A DNA stretch of 64,000 bases, taken from contig DATLEY010000088.1 of NCBI GenBank assembly GCA_035525215.1, positions 8,159-72,158 of the forward strand, read 5' to 3'. The notes beneath the pieces were generated by a model. The model was not told where the DNA came from. It did no database searches and worked only from the letters and a program-made list of their open reading frames with translations. Each line of letters opens with the position of its first letter. Position 1 is the first letter of the stretch. This document shows positions 17,527 through 27,707 of this stretch, one piece after another. The stretch is from Thermoanaerobaculia bacterium. GTDB lineage: Bacteria; Acidobacteriota; Thermoanaerobaculia; Gp7-AA8. The translations under genes and the position numbers were made by a program.

Positions 17527-17545
17527 GATCTCCTCGGATCCGGGG

Positions 17546-19831
17546 TCATTGTCTCGGCTGCAGATACTTCACGAAGATGCGGTAGAGGAGGTCCTTGCTG
17601 GTTGTTTCGTAGCGAATCGCCAGCTCGCGCGCCCGCCTGGCCAGGGCGTCGTCGGGATTGGTGGCCAAAACCTGATCGAACGCCGCGACCGCATCGGTCA
17701 GCCGCTCCTCCTGCAGTGCTCTGACGCCGATGTTGAAACGAGCCCGGTCGATGAGCTGGCGCGCATTCACATTATCGGGATTCTCCGCGAGAAGTGCTTC
17801 GGCGGCGGCGATGGACTCGGTGTAATTGCCGCTCTTGAGCAGATTCGCCGCATCCTCGAGACGGGCGGCATGAGCGATGGCGCGCTGATAAACCGACTGT
17901 ACATCCGGTGGGAGCTGCTGAATGGACGCCGCCTGCTCGAAGGCCGCGCGCGCTGTGACGTAGTCGTTCGCAAGGAAAGCCTGGCGTCCTTTTTCGATCT
18001 GCTCCTGGAAGACCTCCGCCGCGGGACGCCCGGCGATCGTCCCCGCCCCGGCGGCCTTTCTCGATTTGAGATCCGCGACGTAGGCGAGCGCGTCGTCGTG
18101 ACGGGGATGATCGAGGGGAACCGCGAGAAGCATGGCGATGGCCTGATCGATCTGTCCCCGTTCCACCATCTGCTGGGCGCGGGCAACCGGATCATCGCGG
18201 AGCGCGGCGGAATCGCCCGAGTCGGAGAGAAAGATCTTCCACGCCGCCAACCCGAGGCCCAGCAGGACGACGAGCCCGATCGCTCCGAAGATCAGGGTTT
18301 TGGAGCGTCCGCCCGAAGCGGCCGCAACGGGACGGGTCTTCGAGTCGACCTCGTCGTCATCCTGCGGAGGCCGGCGAGCCTCGCCGGGGGTAGGGGGCAC
18401 GAGGACTTCCTCGGACATCCCTCCTGACGGCTCGTCGAGAAAGAGCGCCTCATCGAAGGGGTGCGAGCCGCCGGAGGGTCTCGCGGCCGCTGTCGCCGGA
18501 GCGGCAGCAATGCCCCCTGCAGGCATCAGGTCGATCTCGGCGAGACGCTCCATGGCCGCGGCGTTGGCCGGGTCGAGCTCCAGAATTTTCTGATTCGCCT
18601 TACGAGCGCCAGCGGCGTCGCCGCGCTGCATGAGCAAGGTGGCTTCTTCGGAGAGATCGTCGACATGAGCGTCGATCTCCATCTTCCGGAGTCGCGCTTT
18701 CTCGATTCTTTGCGAAGCCTGATCGTTCGTGACGTCGATGAGAAAAATGCGTGACCAGACATCGATCGCCTTCTGATACTCCTGCCTCTTGACCGCCTCG
18801 TCGCCCTGTCGGAGATAGTCCTCGATGCGCGACCGATCCTCGCTGGAGAGATCGACCGAGCCGGCTGCAAAATCGAACGTGTCTCCGCTTGCCTGCTCCG
18901 CAGCCTCTTGAGCCGTGGCGCCACCGAATCCGTGAAGCCCGGGGGACGTCTTTCCGATCGTGATCTGCGGACCCTCGTCCTTGTCCTCTTCGAATGTGAA
19001 TCCGAAGTCCGAAGCCGGTGCCGCCGACCTTCCTCCCTCGGCCGGGGAGCTCTGACCGGAGTCCACGACGAAAGAGTCGGAAGTCGAGAAGCCCGATGGG
19101 TCCGGGCCCGTCGGTTTTTCGGTGTGGTCGGCACTGAAGGATCCGAAGTCGAACTCCGGCGCAGCCGGTGACGCCGGCGTCCCGGCCGGAGAATTGTCGG
19201 TACCGAACGAGGCGAAGGGATCGAACGAGGGGGAGGGTGGCGGCGCCGATGCGGACTGATCGGCTTCGCGTCCGAGGCGCTCGATCTCGGGATGATCGGG
19301 ATCGAGAGCTCGGGCCTTTTCGAGGATGGTGCGAGCTCCGGCCGTGTTGCCGTTCTCGATGGCGGTCCGGGCTTTCACGAGAAACTGTTGAATGAATGGC
19401 TCGGCCTCGATCCGCTCGCTCGCTTCCTCCGCGATCCGCTGCGCTTCCTCGTTGGTCATGTCCGCGCGGAGCACCGCGGAGGCGAGATCGGCCGCGCGCT
19501 GGAACTGCCTGGCAGCAAAGGCGGCCCGCGCTTCCCCGAGACCCCCGCTGCCGGATCCTGTTCCCGTCGCACCCCCGGCCGGCTGGATCCGAAGATCGCG
19601 AACGTCGATCGGCGCGCCCGGATCGTTCGCTTTCTGCAGCAGCTGTTTGGCGGGACCGAACTGCGGATCCATCTTCAGAACGAACTCGCAGCCAACCACG
19701 ACGTCGTCGAGGAGGCCCTGGTCGTAGAGGTCGAGCGTCTGGCTGAAGGTCGTGAGGACGCGTTGCTTGACGTCATCCGCCAGGGAAGAGTTGCCGGGGT
19801 ATCCATTCGTCACAGAATCGCTCCTTGGCAC
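17546..19831 (-). CDS. large TPR-repeat protein with central TM helix and Pro/Ser/Gly-rich low-complexity regions
   Basis: 761 aa. Multiple TPR-like units (e.g. AIENGNTAGARTILEKARALDPDHPE, AGARKANQKILELDPANAAAMERLAEI, AVAAFDQVLATNPDDALARRA). Single TM helix TLIFGAIGLVVLLGLGLAAWKIF. Contains FDFGSF-type repeats. Confidence 0.7.
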   Translation of the reverse strand: MPRSDSVTNGYPGNSSLADDVKQRVLTTFSQTLDLYDQGLLDDVVVGCEFVLKMDPQFGPAKQLLQKANDPGAPIDVRDLRIQPAGGATGTGSGSGGLGEARAAFAARQFQRAADLASAVLRADMTNEEAQRIAEEASERIEAEPFIQQFLVKARTAIENGNTAGARTILEKARALDPDHPEIERLGREADQSASAPPPSPSFDPFASFGTDNSPAGTPASPAAPEFDFGSFSADHTEKPTGPDPSGFSTSDSFVVDSGQSSPAEGGRSAAPASDFGFTFEEDKDEGPQITIGKTSPGLHGFGGATAQEAAEQASGDTFDFAAGSVDLSSEDRSRIEDYLRQGDEAVKRQEYQKAIDVWSRIFLIDVTNDQASQRIEKARLRKMEIDAHVDDLSEEATLLMQRGDAAGARKANQKILELDPANAAAMERLAEIDLMPAGGIAAAPATAAARPSGGSHPFDEALFLDEPSGGMSEEVLVPPTPGEARRPPQDDDEVDSKTRPVAAASGGRSKTLIFGAIGLVVLLGLGLAAWKIFLSDSGDSAALRDDPVARAQQMVERGQIDQAIAMLLAVPLDHPRHDDALAYVADLKSRKAAGAGTIAGRPAAEVFQEQIEKGRQAFLANDYVTARAAFEQAASIQQLPPDVQSVYQRAIAHAARLEDAANLLKSGNYTESIAAAEALLAENPDNVNARQLIDRARFNIGVRALQEERLTDAVAAFDQVLATNPDDALARRARELAIRYETTSKDLLYRIFVKYLQPRQ

Positions 19832-20006
19832 CGTGGGCGTCCCTCACGGTGTGCGCATATCCATCCACGCGCGAGCCTCGGCTCGCGGTGTCGGCAGGTT
19901 TCGAGAGTTCGATGGAAATGCAGGCTGAGCTGAATTATAACAAAGCGCCTCGCCGGAAGCCGGGGGGTCCGGACGGCGAAATCGACGGGGTTTCGGAGGT
20001 TGATTC

Positions 20007-20384
20007 ATGGATTTTCTCGCAACTCCTGGCGCGCCGGCTGCGATCGGCCCCTATTCGCAGGCCGTTCGATCCGGTCGGATGATCTTCACCTCGGGGCAGA
20101 TTCCGCTCGATCCCGAGACGGGGGAGCTGGTCACGTCCGATTTCGATGCGATGACCCGTCGTGTATTCGAGAATCTCAAGGCGGTTCTCGCGAGCGGGGG
20201 GGCATCCTTCAGCAACGTGGTCAAGGCTACTGTCTTTCTCGAGTCGATGTCGGACTTCCAGCAGCTCAATGCGATCTACGCCGAATATTTCGGCGATCAC
20301 AAGCCTGCTCGGAGCACGGTCGCCGTCTCCCAGCTCCCGAAAGGAGCCAGGGTCGAGATCGATCTCATCGCGATCGTGGAGTGA
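20007..20384 (+). CDS. ridA: RidA/YjgF-family reactive enamine/imine deaminase
   Basis: 125 aa. Contains APAAIGPYSQAV ... GQIPLDPETGELV ... ARSTVAVSQLPKGARVEID. Full-length match to the YjgF/RidA family pattern. Confidence 0.85.
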   Translation: MDFLATPGAPAAIGPYSQAVRSGRMIFTSGQIPLDPETGELVTSDFDAMTRRVFENLKAVLASGGASFSNVVKATVFLESMSDFQQLNAIYAEYFGDHKPARSTVAVSQLPKGARVEIDLIAIVE

Positions 20385-20609
20385 TCAATTGGGAAATCGC
20401 TGACCGCGCCGTGGGCGGAGGTGCGAGGGCCTGGCTCTCAGGCTCGTCAGTCCTCGGAGTTTATTTCGATGTAAATGCATCAAAGTAATGGCCTTAGGTC
20501 TCGCGAAGGAGAGGGACGCGTTCGGGATGGAAAGGGCGGCGATTTTGGCGTCGCGATTGCTAATGTCAGATAACATCATTCCGGCTCAATCGCCGGCGGA
20601 TGACCCTGA

Positions 20610-21875
20610 ATGCGCAAACTCCTCTTTCCAGCTCTCCTGGTGGCCTTACTGACCCCCCTGCAGGCAGAGGGAGCCGTGCGTTTGACATACGAACTGGATC
20701 GCGGGACGACCGAGGTGAGTTGGCCGGCCACTGCCTTCCCGATTCCCGTCGCGATCAACCGCGCGGCGGCCCAGAACCTCCCTGCAGGTGAAGCATTGAT
20801 CCGCGGGGCGTTCGACTCCTGGGAGGGGGTCGAAGCGAGCGTCGTCGCTTTCCGCCACACGGGACTCACGGATGCGAAAGCTGGGCGCGATGGCATCAAC
20901 GTCGTCGCGATCAATGACTCGCTCTTCGAGACCAGCGGCTTTCTCGCCTATACGACGACCTGGTTCGACGACAAGACCGGCCAGATGCGCGAGGTCGACA
21001 TTCAGATCGACTCCTCCGTGACGAAGAAAGGCGTGGGGCTTCAGACCCTGATTCAGCACGAAATTGGTCATCTTCTCGGCTTCGATCACTCCGGAGTCAT
21101 CTCCTCGGTGATGTATCCCTGGGTGGGCCCGGACGATGCGGGAGGGTTCGACAGTGACGACAGGATCGGCTTGAGCGCAGCGTACCCGGCGGCGGGCAAG
21201 CTCGCGAAGCCCTCGCTTCGGGGCGAGGTTCGCTTGCCGGGTGGCGGGGTCTTCGGCGCACAGGTCGTGGCCATGGACGCGCACGGCGCCGTTTCTTCGG
21301 CGCTCACGCGAAAGGACGGATCGTTCGAGATTCTCGGTCTCCCGCCGGGGACGTACCGCCTCTACGCCGAGCCGCTGGACGGCCCGGTGAAAGGGAGCGA
21401 CCTGTCGGGCATCTGGCGGTCAGGCACGGAGACCGGCTTCCGCACGGCGTTCAGCGACCCGATCGAAGTCGGCCTGGAGAGTGAGATCGATGGGATCTCG
21501 CTCTCGGTGACCAACCTTCCCTCGGATTTGAATCCGCGGTGGGTTTCAGCGTTCGCTCCAGGATCGAGCTCGATCCGGATGAGCAGCAACGCCGTGACGG
21601 TCAAGGCGGGTAGCCGCGTGTCGATTGCCGTCGGGGGAGATGGTTTCGTCAGCGGGCTCACCGAGTTCGAGGTGCTGAACCTGGCGTTCAGACGCGTCTC
21701 CGAGTTCACGTACGCCACGAATTTCATGCACGCGGAATTCGAGATCGCCCCGACCGCGAAGAGCTGCTCCGCCGTAATCGTCGCGCGAAATGGAAGCGAC
21801 TCGGCGGCGCTCACGGGCGCGCTCCGGGTCGCCGAAGCGAGTGCGGGCGGGCGAGGTCGCGCGGTCCGGCGCTGA
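20610..21875 (+). CDS. secreted zinc metalloprotease, matrixin/metzincin-like, with C-terminal beta-sandwich (CarboxypepD_reg-like) domains
   Basis: Signal peptide MRKLLFPALLVALLTPLQAEG. Zinc motif HEIGHLLGFDHSGVISSVMY (HExxHxxGxxH plus Met-turn). Downstream GSFEILGLPPGTYRLYA. Confidence 0.75.
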   Translation: MRKLLFPALLVALLTPLQAEGAVRLTYELDRGTTEVSWPATAFPIPVAINRAAAQNLPAGEALIRGAFDSWEGVEASVVAFRHTGLTDAKAGRDGINVVAINDSLFETSGFLAYTTTWFDDKTGQMREVDIQIDSSVTKKGVGLQTLIQHEIGHLLGFDHSGVISSVMYPWVGPDDAGGFDSDDRIGLSAAYPAAGKLAKPSLRGEVRLPGGGVFGAQVVAMDAHGAVSSALTRKDGSFEILGLPPGTYRLYAEPLDGPVKGSDLSGIWRSGTETGFRTAFSDPIEVGLESEIDGISLSVTNLPSDLNPRWVSAFAPGSSSIRMSSNAVTVKAGSRVSIAVGGDGFVSGLTEFEVLNLAFRRVSEFTYATNFMHAEFEIAPTAKSCSAVIVARNGSDSAALTGALRVAEASAGGRGRAVRR

Positions 21876-21887
21876 TATCTGGGGGAT

Positions 21888-22661
21888 TCAGGTCGATCGC
21901 AAAGCCAGGGCAAGCCGATCAAACTCCTGGAGACCCAGCCGTTCGGCTCTGATGTCTGCCGGGAGCCCGATTCCCTCGATCGCCGCCGTGATTCGATCGC
22001 GGCCCGCATCGTTCCACTGAAGGAGGTTGTTGACCAGCGTCTTGCGGCGCATTCGAAAGGATGCCGACACAAGACTCTCAACCTCATCGATCGACGTGAG
22101 GAGATCTCGCGAAATCGGGTCGAGCACGACGACGGCGCTGTGAACTTTCGGCCGGGGATGAAAAGAGCCGGGAGCGAGAGTGATCAGAATCCGCGCAACG
22201 GCGCGAAGGGCGACCGACAGCGTGAGATATCCGTACTCATCGTCGCCCGGGGCGGCGGTCAACTTCTCCGCGACCTCGCGCTGGAACATGAAAACGGCGC
22301 GCCGCCAGTGCTCCGAGGCGACGACTCTCCGGACGATTGGCGTCGCTACGTTGTAGGGGAGGTTGCCGATCGCGCGGTAGGGGACCGCGGGCAGCTCGGC
22401 ATCGGTGGCGTCGGTCTCAGCGATCTCGACGCGGCCATGGTCGAACCGCTCCCGCAAGCGGGGAACGAGCGAGGGATCGATTTCCCACGCGATCAGCGGG
22501 TTCGGAAGTTCCGCGAGCTTCTCGGTGAGGGCACCCTCTCCCGGTCCGATCTCGAGGATAAGGTCTTGCGGATCGGGAGCGAGCGCTGCGACGATGGTGT
22601 CCGCGGCACCCCGGTTTCTGAGGAAATTCTGTCCCCACTTCTTCTGCGGTCGATGGGCCAT
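21888..22661 (-). CDS. rsmA: 16S rRNA (adenine1518/1519-N6)-dimethyltransferase
   Basis: Contains KKWGQNFL and ILEIGPGEGALT (SAM-binding), with a full-length KsgA/RsmA pattern. Confidence 0.9.
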   Translation of the reverse strand: MAHRPQKKWGQNFLRNRGAADTIVAALAPDPQDLILEIGPGEGALTEKLAELPNPLIAWEIDPSLVPRLRERFDHGRVEIAETDATDAELPAVPYRAIGNLPYNVATPIVRRVVASEHWRRAVFMFQREVAEKLTAAPGDDEYGYLTLSVALRAVARILITLAPGSFHPRPKVHSAVVVLDPISRDLLTSIDEVESLVSASFRMRRKTLVNNLLQWNDAGRDRITAAIEGIGLPADIRAERLGLQEFDRLALALRST

Positions 22662-22769
22662 GCGAAATTCTCGATGCTTCGCCTCCGATTACACGAGGCG
22701 TGCCGTCGCGGTCTGCGGCAGGATCCTCGCAGCGGAAGCGGGTAGATCGGCTTGAAAGGATACGGAAGA

Positions 22770-23084
22770 ATGAAACAGATTGGAGAAGCAGAGTTCGACG
22801 CGGCGATCGCGAAGGGTCCCGTGCTCATCGACTTCAGCGCGGAGTGGTGCGGCCCCTGTAAGACGATGATGCCGGTGATCGAGAAGCTCGCGAACGAGTA
22901 TCGTGGACGACTGGAGGTCTTCACGGTCGACATCGACCAGGATCCGGCGCTGGCCGCGAGGAACGGAGTCATGAGCGTGCCGACCATGATCGTGATCCGG
23001 GATGGGAAGGCGGTCGAGCGGGTGGTGGGCGCCGTGTCGGAGCGGGATCTCCGGAGCAGGATCGAGCCGCACCTGGGAGCCTGA
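22770..23084 (+). CDS. trxA: thioredoxin
   Basis: WCGPCK active site. 104 aa from the ATG at 22770, with an AAGGA Shine-Dalgarno upstream. The ORF extends to 22752. Confidence 0.9.
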   Translation: MKQIGEAEFDAAIAKGPVLIDFSAEWCGPCKTMMPVIEKLANEYRGRLEVFTVDIDQDPALAARNGVMSVPTMIVIRDGKAVERVVGAVSERDLRSRIEPHLGA

Positions 23085-23088
23085 GCCG

Positions 23089-24084
23089 ATGACCGCGGAT
23101 CCCCGCGCAGCGCAGGAAATGATGGCGGCCGGCCATGAGGCGATCGGCCGGCTGCGGCGCGAAGTCTCGAAGGCGGTGGTGGGACAGGAGCGGATTCTCG
23201 ACCGGCTGACCGTCGCCCTTCTGATCCGGGGACACGTCCTGGTCGAGGGGTTGCCGGGCCTCGCGAAGACCCTCACCGTCAAGACGCTCGCGTCGTCGGT
23301 TGCGGGCAGCTTCAAGCGAGTGCAGTTCACTCCCGATCTCCTTCCAGCCGACATCACCGGAACGCAGATCTTCGATCCCGCCGGGGGGACATTCAGCCCG
23401 CGGCTCGGTCCCATCTTCGCGAACTTTCTGCTCGCGGACGAGATCAACCGCGCGCCGGCAAAGGTGCAGTCGGCGCTTCTCGAAGCGATGCAGGAGCGCC
23501 AGGTGACGATCGGGGAGGCGAGCCATCGGCTCCCCGAGCCATTCGTCGTGGTGGCGACGCAGAACCCGATCGAGCAGGAGGGAACATTCGCGCTCCCCGA
23601 GGCCCAGCTCGACCGGTTCGTGATGAAGTTGAGGGTCGGATATCCCACACGCGAACAGGAAGAGCGAATGCTGCGTCTCTATCTCGACCCGATCGCCGAA
23701 GTTCCGCTCATCGAGCCGGTGATCTCGCTCGAGGGAGTGCGGAGGCTGTCTGGGCTGATCAGCGCCGTGCATCTCGATGAGCGGATTTCCCGCTACGTGA
23801 TCGATATCGTGAACGCCACCCGTTCGCCGCTTCAGTACGGGCTCGCTCCGATCGCGCCGATGATCGAGTACGGGGCATCCCCGAGAGCCACCCTGGCCCT
23901 CGCGCACGTGTCCAAGGGACATGCATTCCTCGAAGGACGGGCTTTCGTGACCCCAGAAGACGTGAAGGAGACCGCGGCGGACGTGCTGCGCCACCGCCTG
24001 ATCCTGACCTATGAAGCGGCCGCGGATCAGGTGACCGCGGATCAGATCATCGATCGAGTGCTGGGGTCGGTCAACGTGCCATGA
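23089..24084 (+). CDS. MoxR-family AAA+ ATPase
   Basis: Walker A GLPGLAKT. Walker B/sensor LLADEINRAPAKVQSALLEAMQE. Typical MoxR length of 331 aa. Confidence 0.9.
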   Translation: MTADPRAAQEMMAAGHEAIGRLRREVSKAVVGQERILDRLTVALLIRGHVLVEGLPGLAKTLTVKTLASSVAGSFKRVQFTPDLLPADITGTQIFDPAGGTFSPRLGPIFANFLLADEINRAPAKVQSALLEAMQERQVTIGEASHRLPEPFVVVATQNPIEQEGTFALPEAQLDRFVMKLRVGYPTREQEERMLRLYLDPIAEVPLIEPVISLEGVRRLSGLISAVHLDERISRYVIDIVNATRSPLQYGLAPIAPMIEYGASPRATLALAHVSKGHAFLEGRAFVTPEDVKETAADVLRHRLILTYEAAADQVTADQIIDRVLGSVNVP

Positions 24085-24971
24085 TTTCGCTTTTCCGGCG
24101 ACGACCGCCGCATCGCGCGGAGATTCCGGTGCGGCGACGTGTCCGCGAACTGGAGATCGTAACCTCTCGCCTGATTCGCGCGGGATTCGCCGGTCAGTAT
24201 CACGCCGCATTTCATGGCCGGGGAATCGAGTTCGCGCAGGTTCGTGAGTATCAGCCCGGTGACGACGTGAGGGTCATCGACTGGAACGTGACGGCGCGAA
24301 CGGGAGTCCCTCACGTCAAGCAATTCGTGGAAGAGCGGGATCTGACGGTGATTCTGGCCATCGATCTCTCGGGCTCGATGGGCTTCGGATCGATCGACCG
24401 CCGGAAGGCGGATCTCGCCGCTGAACTGACTTCGGTGCTCTCCTACGCGGCCACGCAGAATGACGACCGGGTCGGACTTCTCACGTTCGATTCCTCCGTG
24501 CGCAGCTGGATCCAGCCACGCCGTGGACGGCGTCACGTGGAGACCGTGGTGCGCCGCGTTCTCCTCGATTCGGAGAAGCCTGCGCAGCGAGCCGATTTCG
24601 ACCGGATGAGCGCATTCGTCAGCGCGGTCGTGATCAAGCGTGCCGTCATCCTCGTTCTTTCGGACTTCTTCGACCGATCGGCGATCACTCCGCTGTCGCG
24701 TCTGCGGGTCAAGCATGATGTGATCGCTCTGGTGCTCGGAGATCCTCGCGAACAACGCCTTCCCGATCACGGTCTCATCGATCTGCTCGACAGCGAGAGC
24801 GGCCAGATGAAAAGGGTCGACCTTTCGGCGGCCCGCGCCCGGCTTCACGCTCAATCCGCCCTCGCTCAGTTGGAGCGAAAGGGAATTGACGCGGTCTCGC
24901 TTTCCACCGCGGAGCCTTATGAGCGCTCGCTGATCCGCTTCTTCGATCTCCGGACCCGGAGGCGGCGATGA
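24081..24971 (+). CDS. DUF58 protein (MoxR-associated, VWA-like)
   Basis: The DUF58 core REYQPGDDVRVIDWNVTARTG and a VWA-like DLSGSM motif. Overlaps the moxR stop. Confidence 0.8.
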   Translation: MISLFRRRPPHRAEIPVRRRVRELEIVTSRLIRAGFAGQYHAAFHGRGIEFAQVREYQPGDDVRVIDWNVTARTGVPHVKQFVEERDLTVILAIDLSGSMGFGSIDRRKADLAAELTSVLSYAATQNDDRVGLLTFDSSVRSWIQPRRGRRHVETVVRRVLLDSEKPAQRADFDRMSAFVSAVVIKRAVILVLSDFFDRSAITPLSRLRVKHDVIALVLGDPREQRLPDHGLIDLLDSESGQMKRVDLSAARARLHAQSALAQLERKGIDAVSLSTAEPYERSLIRFFDLRTRRRR

Positions 24972-25750
24972 GCGCGCTCCTCCTCCTTTTTCTCGCGGCG
25001 GGTATTCCCGTTCATGTGAGTCCCGCCGCCGCCACCGTCGGCGATCCAATCCGTGTCGTTTTCGCAGGAGATGCGGCAGGCACCGTGACGCTCGACCCAT
25101 CGGAGGAGTACGAGGTCGTCGATCACCTCCCCGACGGGGTCGTGATCCGCTCCTTCAAACCAGGACCGATCACCCTGTCGGGCACGGTCGCCCGGGCCGG
25201 AGGCGGATACCGCTTCGGACCCCTCGAGCTGGAGATTCATTCGATACTCGGAGAGAACGACTCGCTGGAGCCCGCGCCTCTCAGGCCACCGAAGTCGCTT
25301 CCTCCGAACCGCGTGGCGTGGGGGGCGATCGGGATCGCAGGATTGGTGGCGGCGCTGCTCTGGTACGCCGTCGCGCGCGCTTCAGCAGCCACGGCCGCGC
25401 CGGTCATGCGGAAGACGGCGGCGCGGCCTCCTTCCGTGGAACTGCTCGGTGCGCTCGACGCGGCGCAATCGATGGATCGCGCCGCGGCACTGATCGCAGT
25501 CGGCGCGGCAACACGCCGATTTCTCGCTCGCGTGGAGCCCTCCTGGAGCCTCGATCGCACTTCGAAGGAGCTGAAGGTCGAGCTCTCGAACCACGGACTC
25601 GATGGGGAGACCCTCACCACGGTCGATCTCGCGTTGATGGAGGCCGATCTCGAAAAGTTCTCTCCCTGGGGAGCCCCGGAGATCGACCGCGACGAGCTCA
25701 TTGCCAGGGTGCGGAAGCTCGTCTCTCTCGACAGGGGAGCTGGCGCATGA
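24968..25750 (+). CDS. Bat-operon membrane protein, possibly DUF4381-like
   Basis: 260 aa. Contains a TM helix (IGIAGLVAALLWYAV) plus an N-terminal cleavable signal peptide. Assignment is by its position between DUF58 and the BatA-like VWA gene; the family name is uncertain. Confidence 0.4.
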   Translation: MSALLLLFLAAGIPVHVSPAAATVGDPIRVVFAGDAAGTVTLDPSEEYEVVDHLPDGVVIRSFKPGPITLSGTVARAGGGYRFGPLELEIHSILGENDSLEPAPLRPPKSLPPNRVAWGAIGIAGLVAALLWYAVARASAATAAPVMRKTAARPPSVELLGALDAAQSMDRAAALIAVGAATRRFLARVEPSWSLDRTSKELKVELSNHGLDGETLTTVDLALMEADLEKFSPWGAPEIDRDELIARVRKLVSLDRGAGA

Positions 25751-26748
25751 GATTCGGTTCGCCGCTCTGGCTTCTGCTCCTGATTCCCATCGCCGCGCGA
25801 TGGGTGATCGCGCTTCTCGATCGCCGCCGGAGGGAAGGGTCCTTTACTTTCTCCTCTCTCGGTCTGATCGACGGCGGAGGTTCCTGGCGGAGCGGAACGT
25901 CCTGGATGCCGCTGTTGCTCGAAAGCATCGCGCTCGCGCTTCTGGTCATCGCGCTCGCGCGCCCTCAGGAGATCCACCCCATGGCTCAGGACCGGCGGGG
26001 CATCGACGTCGTCATCGCGCTCGATGCGTCGGGGAGCATGGCGGCGGAGGACTTCCAGCCGCAAAACCGCTTCGAGGTGGCCAAAGAGATGATCGGCGAG
26101 TTCATCGATCTCCGGAACGACGATCGGATCGGGATCGTCACCTTCGGCCAGAGAGCGGCTACTCGCGTGCCGGTGACCTTCGACCGGCGCGTTGCGCGGG
26201 AGGTGCTCGCTGGAGTCGAGGTGGGGGAAAACGGGGACGGCACGGCGATCGGCACCGCGATCGCGACAGCGGTCAATCGCCTGAGCCGGTCACCCGCGCG
26301 GAGCCGGGTGATCGTTCTCCTGACCGACGGCGTGAACAATTCGGGATCGATCGAACCGCCAGCGGCTGCGGAGCTGGCGCGGGAGCTGGGGATCCGGCTC
26401 TATGCGATCGGCGTCGGAAGCTACGGACCCGTGCCGGTGCCCATCCGCATGCAGAGCAGGATCACGGGCGAGATCGAGATCGTCTACCAGACGATTCGAG
26501 CGGATCTCGACGACGCCATGCTGACCAGCATCGCCGAAAGAACGGGAGGGGAGTACTTCCGCGCGACCGATGAGCAGGCGCTCGCGGACATCCTCCGAAC
26601 GATCGACCGGTTGGAGAAGAGCCGCCTGGCCGCCCCTCCGGAGCTCCTCGCCGAGGAGCTCTACCGCGTTCCACTGATCCTGGGGCTCTCGATTCTCGTC
26701 ATCGCGCTTCTCACGGGAGAAACGATATGGATGCGATTGGCGGCCTGA
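25747..26748 (+). CDS. VWA-domain membrane protein (BatA-like)
   Basis: N-terminal TM helices, then the VWA MIDAS motif DASGSM and IVLLTDGVNNSG. Confidence 0.8.
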   Translation: MRFGSPLWLLLLIPIAARWVIALLDRRRREGSFTFSSLGLIDGGGSWRSGTSWMPLLLESIALALLVIALARPQEIHPMAQDRRGIDVVIALDASGSMAAEDFQPQNRFEVAKEMIGEFIDLRNDDRIGIVTFGQRAATRVPVTFDRRVAREVLAGVEVGENGDGTAIGTAIATAVNRLSRSPARSRVIVLLTDGVNNSGSIEPPAAAELARELGIRLYAIGVGSYGPVPVPIRMQSRITGEIEIVYQTIRADLDDAMLTSIAERTGGEYFRATDEQALADILRTIDRLEKSRLAAPPELLAEELYRVPLILGLSILVIALLTGETIWMRLAA

Positions 26749-27707
26749 CGTTCGGAGAACGGGAGCTGTTGGCCCTGATGGCCTCGCTGCCGCTGGCCGC
26801 GTGGTTTCTTCTGGCCCGGGAGCGGGTCCGCCGGCGCCGTTCTGAATCGTTCGCATCGGTGAGAATCCGAGGTCTCAGATTTCCGGCGCGGCCGTTGCGG
26901 CCGTGGGTTCTTCTCTTCGGAATCGTCTTCGCGCTGCTGGCTCTGGCAGGCCCGCGGCTCGGGCATGAGCTCCAACCGGCCATGGAAGACCAGGGCTCGA
27001 TGGTCATCGCGATCGACGTCTCCAGCAGCATGGCCGCGGAAGATCTCGGCGTTTCGAGATTGACCGCCGCGAAAGTCGTGGCGCGCCGGATCCTCGGTGC
27101 CGAATCGGGCCGGGTGGCCCTGGTGGCGTTCGAATCCGTCGGCCAGCTCATGTCTCCGCTCACCACGGATGGACCTGCGCTCGTGGATCTGGTGGAAACC
27201 CTGATACCGGGCGAGCTCTCCATTCCAGGCTCGGATCTCGGCGCCGCCATCCTGACCGCCGTTGATTATCTGGAACGCAGCGGGTCAGGGGAGCGGGAGG
27301 TCGTCCTGCTCAGCGACGGCGAGGATCAGGGAAGCCTTCTGGATCGAGCGCTCGTGGCCGCCGAAGAAAAAGGGATCCGCGTTTCGACGGTGCTGGTCGG
27401 CTCGGAAACTGGCGCGACGATCCCTTCCGGTGACGGCGTGCTGGAGGACGAGTCCGGCAGAGAGGTGATCTCGGCCGCCGACGCGGCCACCATGAGACGG
27501 ATCGCCGGTCAGACCGGCGGAGCGTTCGTGCCGAATCCATTCGATGAAGCGAGCCTCGAGAGCGCCGTCATCCGGACGACATCCTCCGAGATCTCCTCTG
27601 AAGAAGGGCGAATGCTTCGCGTTCCGGTGGAGCGCTTTCAGTGGCCTCTGGCCGCCGCGATTTTCTCGTTTCTTTTCGGCTCCTATCTCCACCGGGGTGC
27701 GGAATGA
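26727..27707 (+). CDS. VWA-domain membrane protein (BatB-like)
   Basis: N-terminal TM helix, then DVSSSM and VVLLSDGEDQGS VWA motifs. Confidence 0.8.
   Translation: MDAIGGLTFGERELLALMASLPLAAWFLLARERVRRRRSESFASVRIRGLRFPARPLRPWVLLFGIVFALLALAGPRLGHELQPAMEDQGSMVIAIDVSSSMAAEDLGVSRLTAAKVVARRILGAESGRVALVAFESVGQLMSPLTTDGPALVDLVETLIPGELSIPGSDLGAAILTAVDYLERSGSGEREVVLLSDGEDQGSLLDRALVAAEEKGIRVSTVLVGSETGATIPSGDGVLEDESGREVISAADAATMRRIAGQTGGAFVPNPFDEASLESAVIRTTSSEISSEEGRMLRVPVERFQWPLAAAIFSFLFGSYLHRGAE

Noticed and set aside
20385-20609. A lower-GC intergenic stretch with a near-palindrome GATGTAAATGCATC, considered as a regulator binding site upstream of the metalloprotease.
   Set aside because: The palindrome is imperfect and is a single occurrence. 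There is not enough evidence beyond a generic promoter region.
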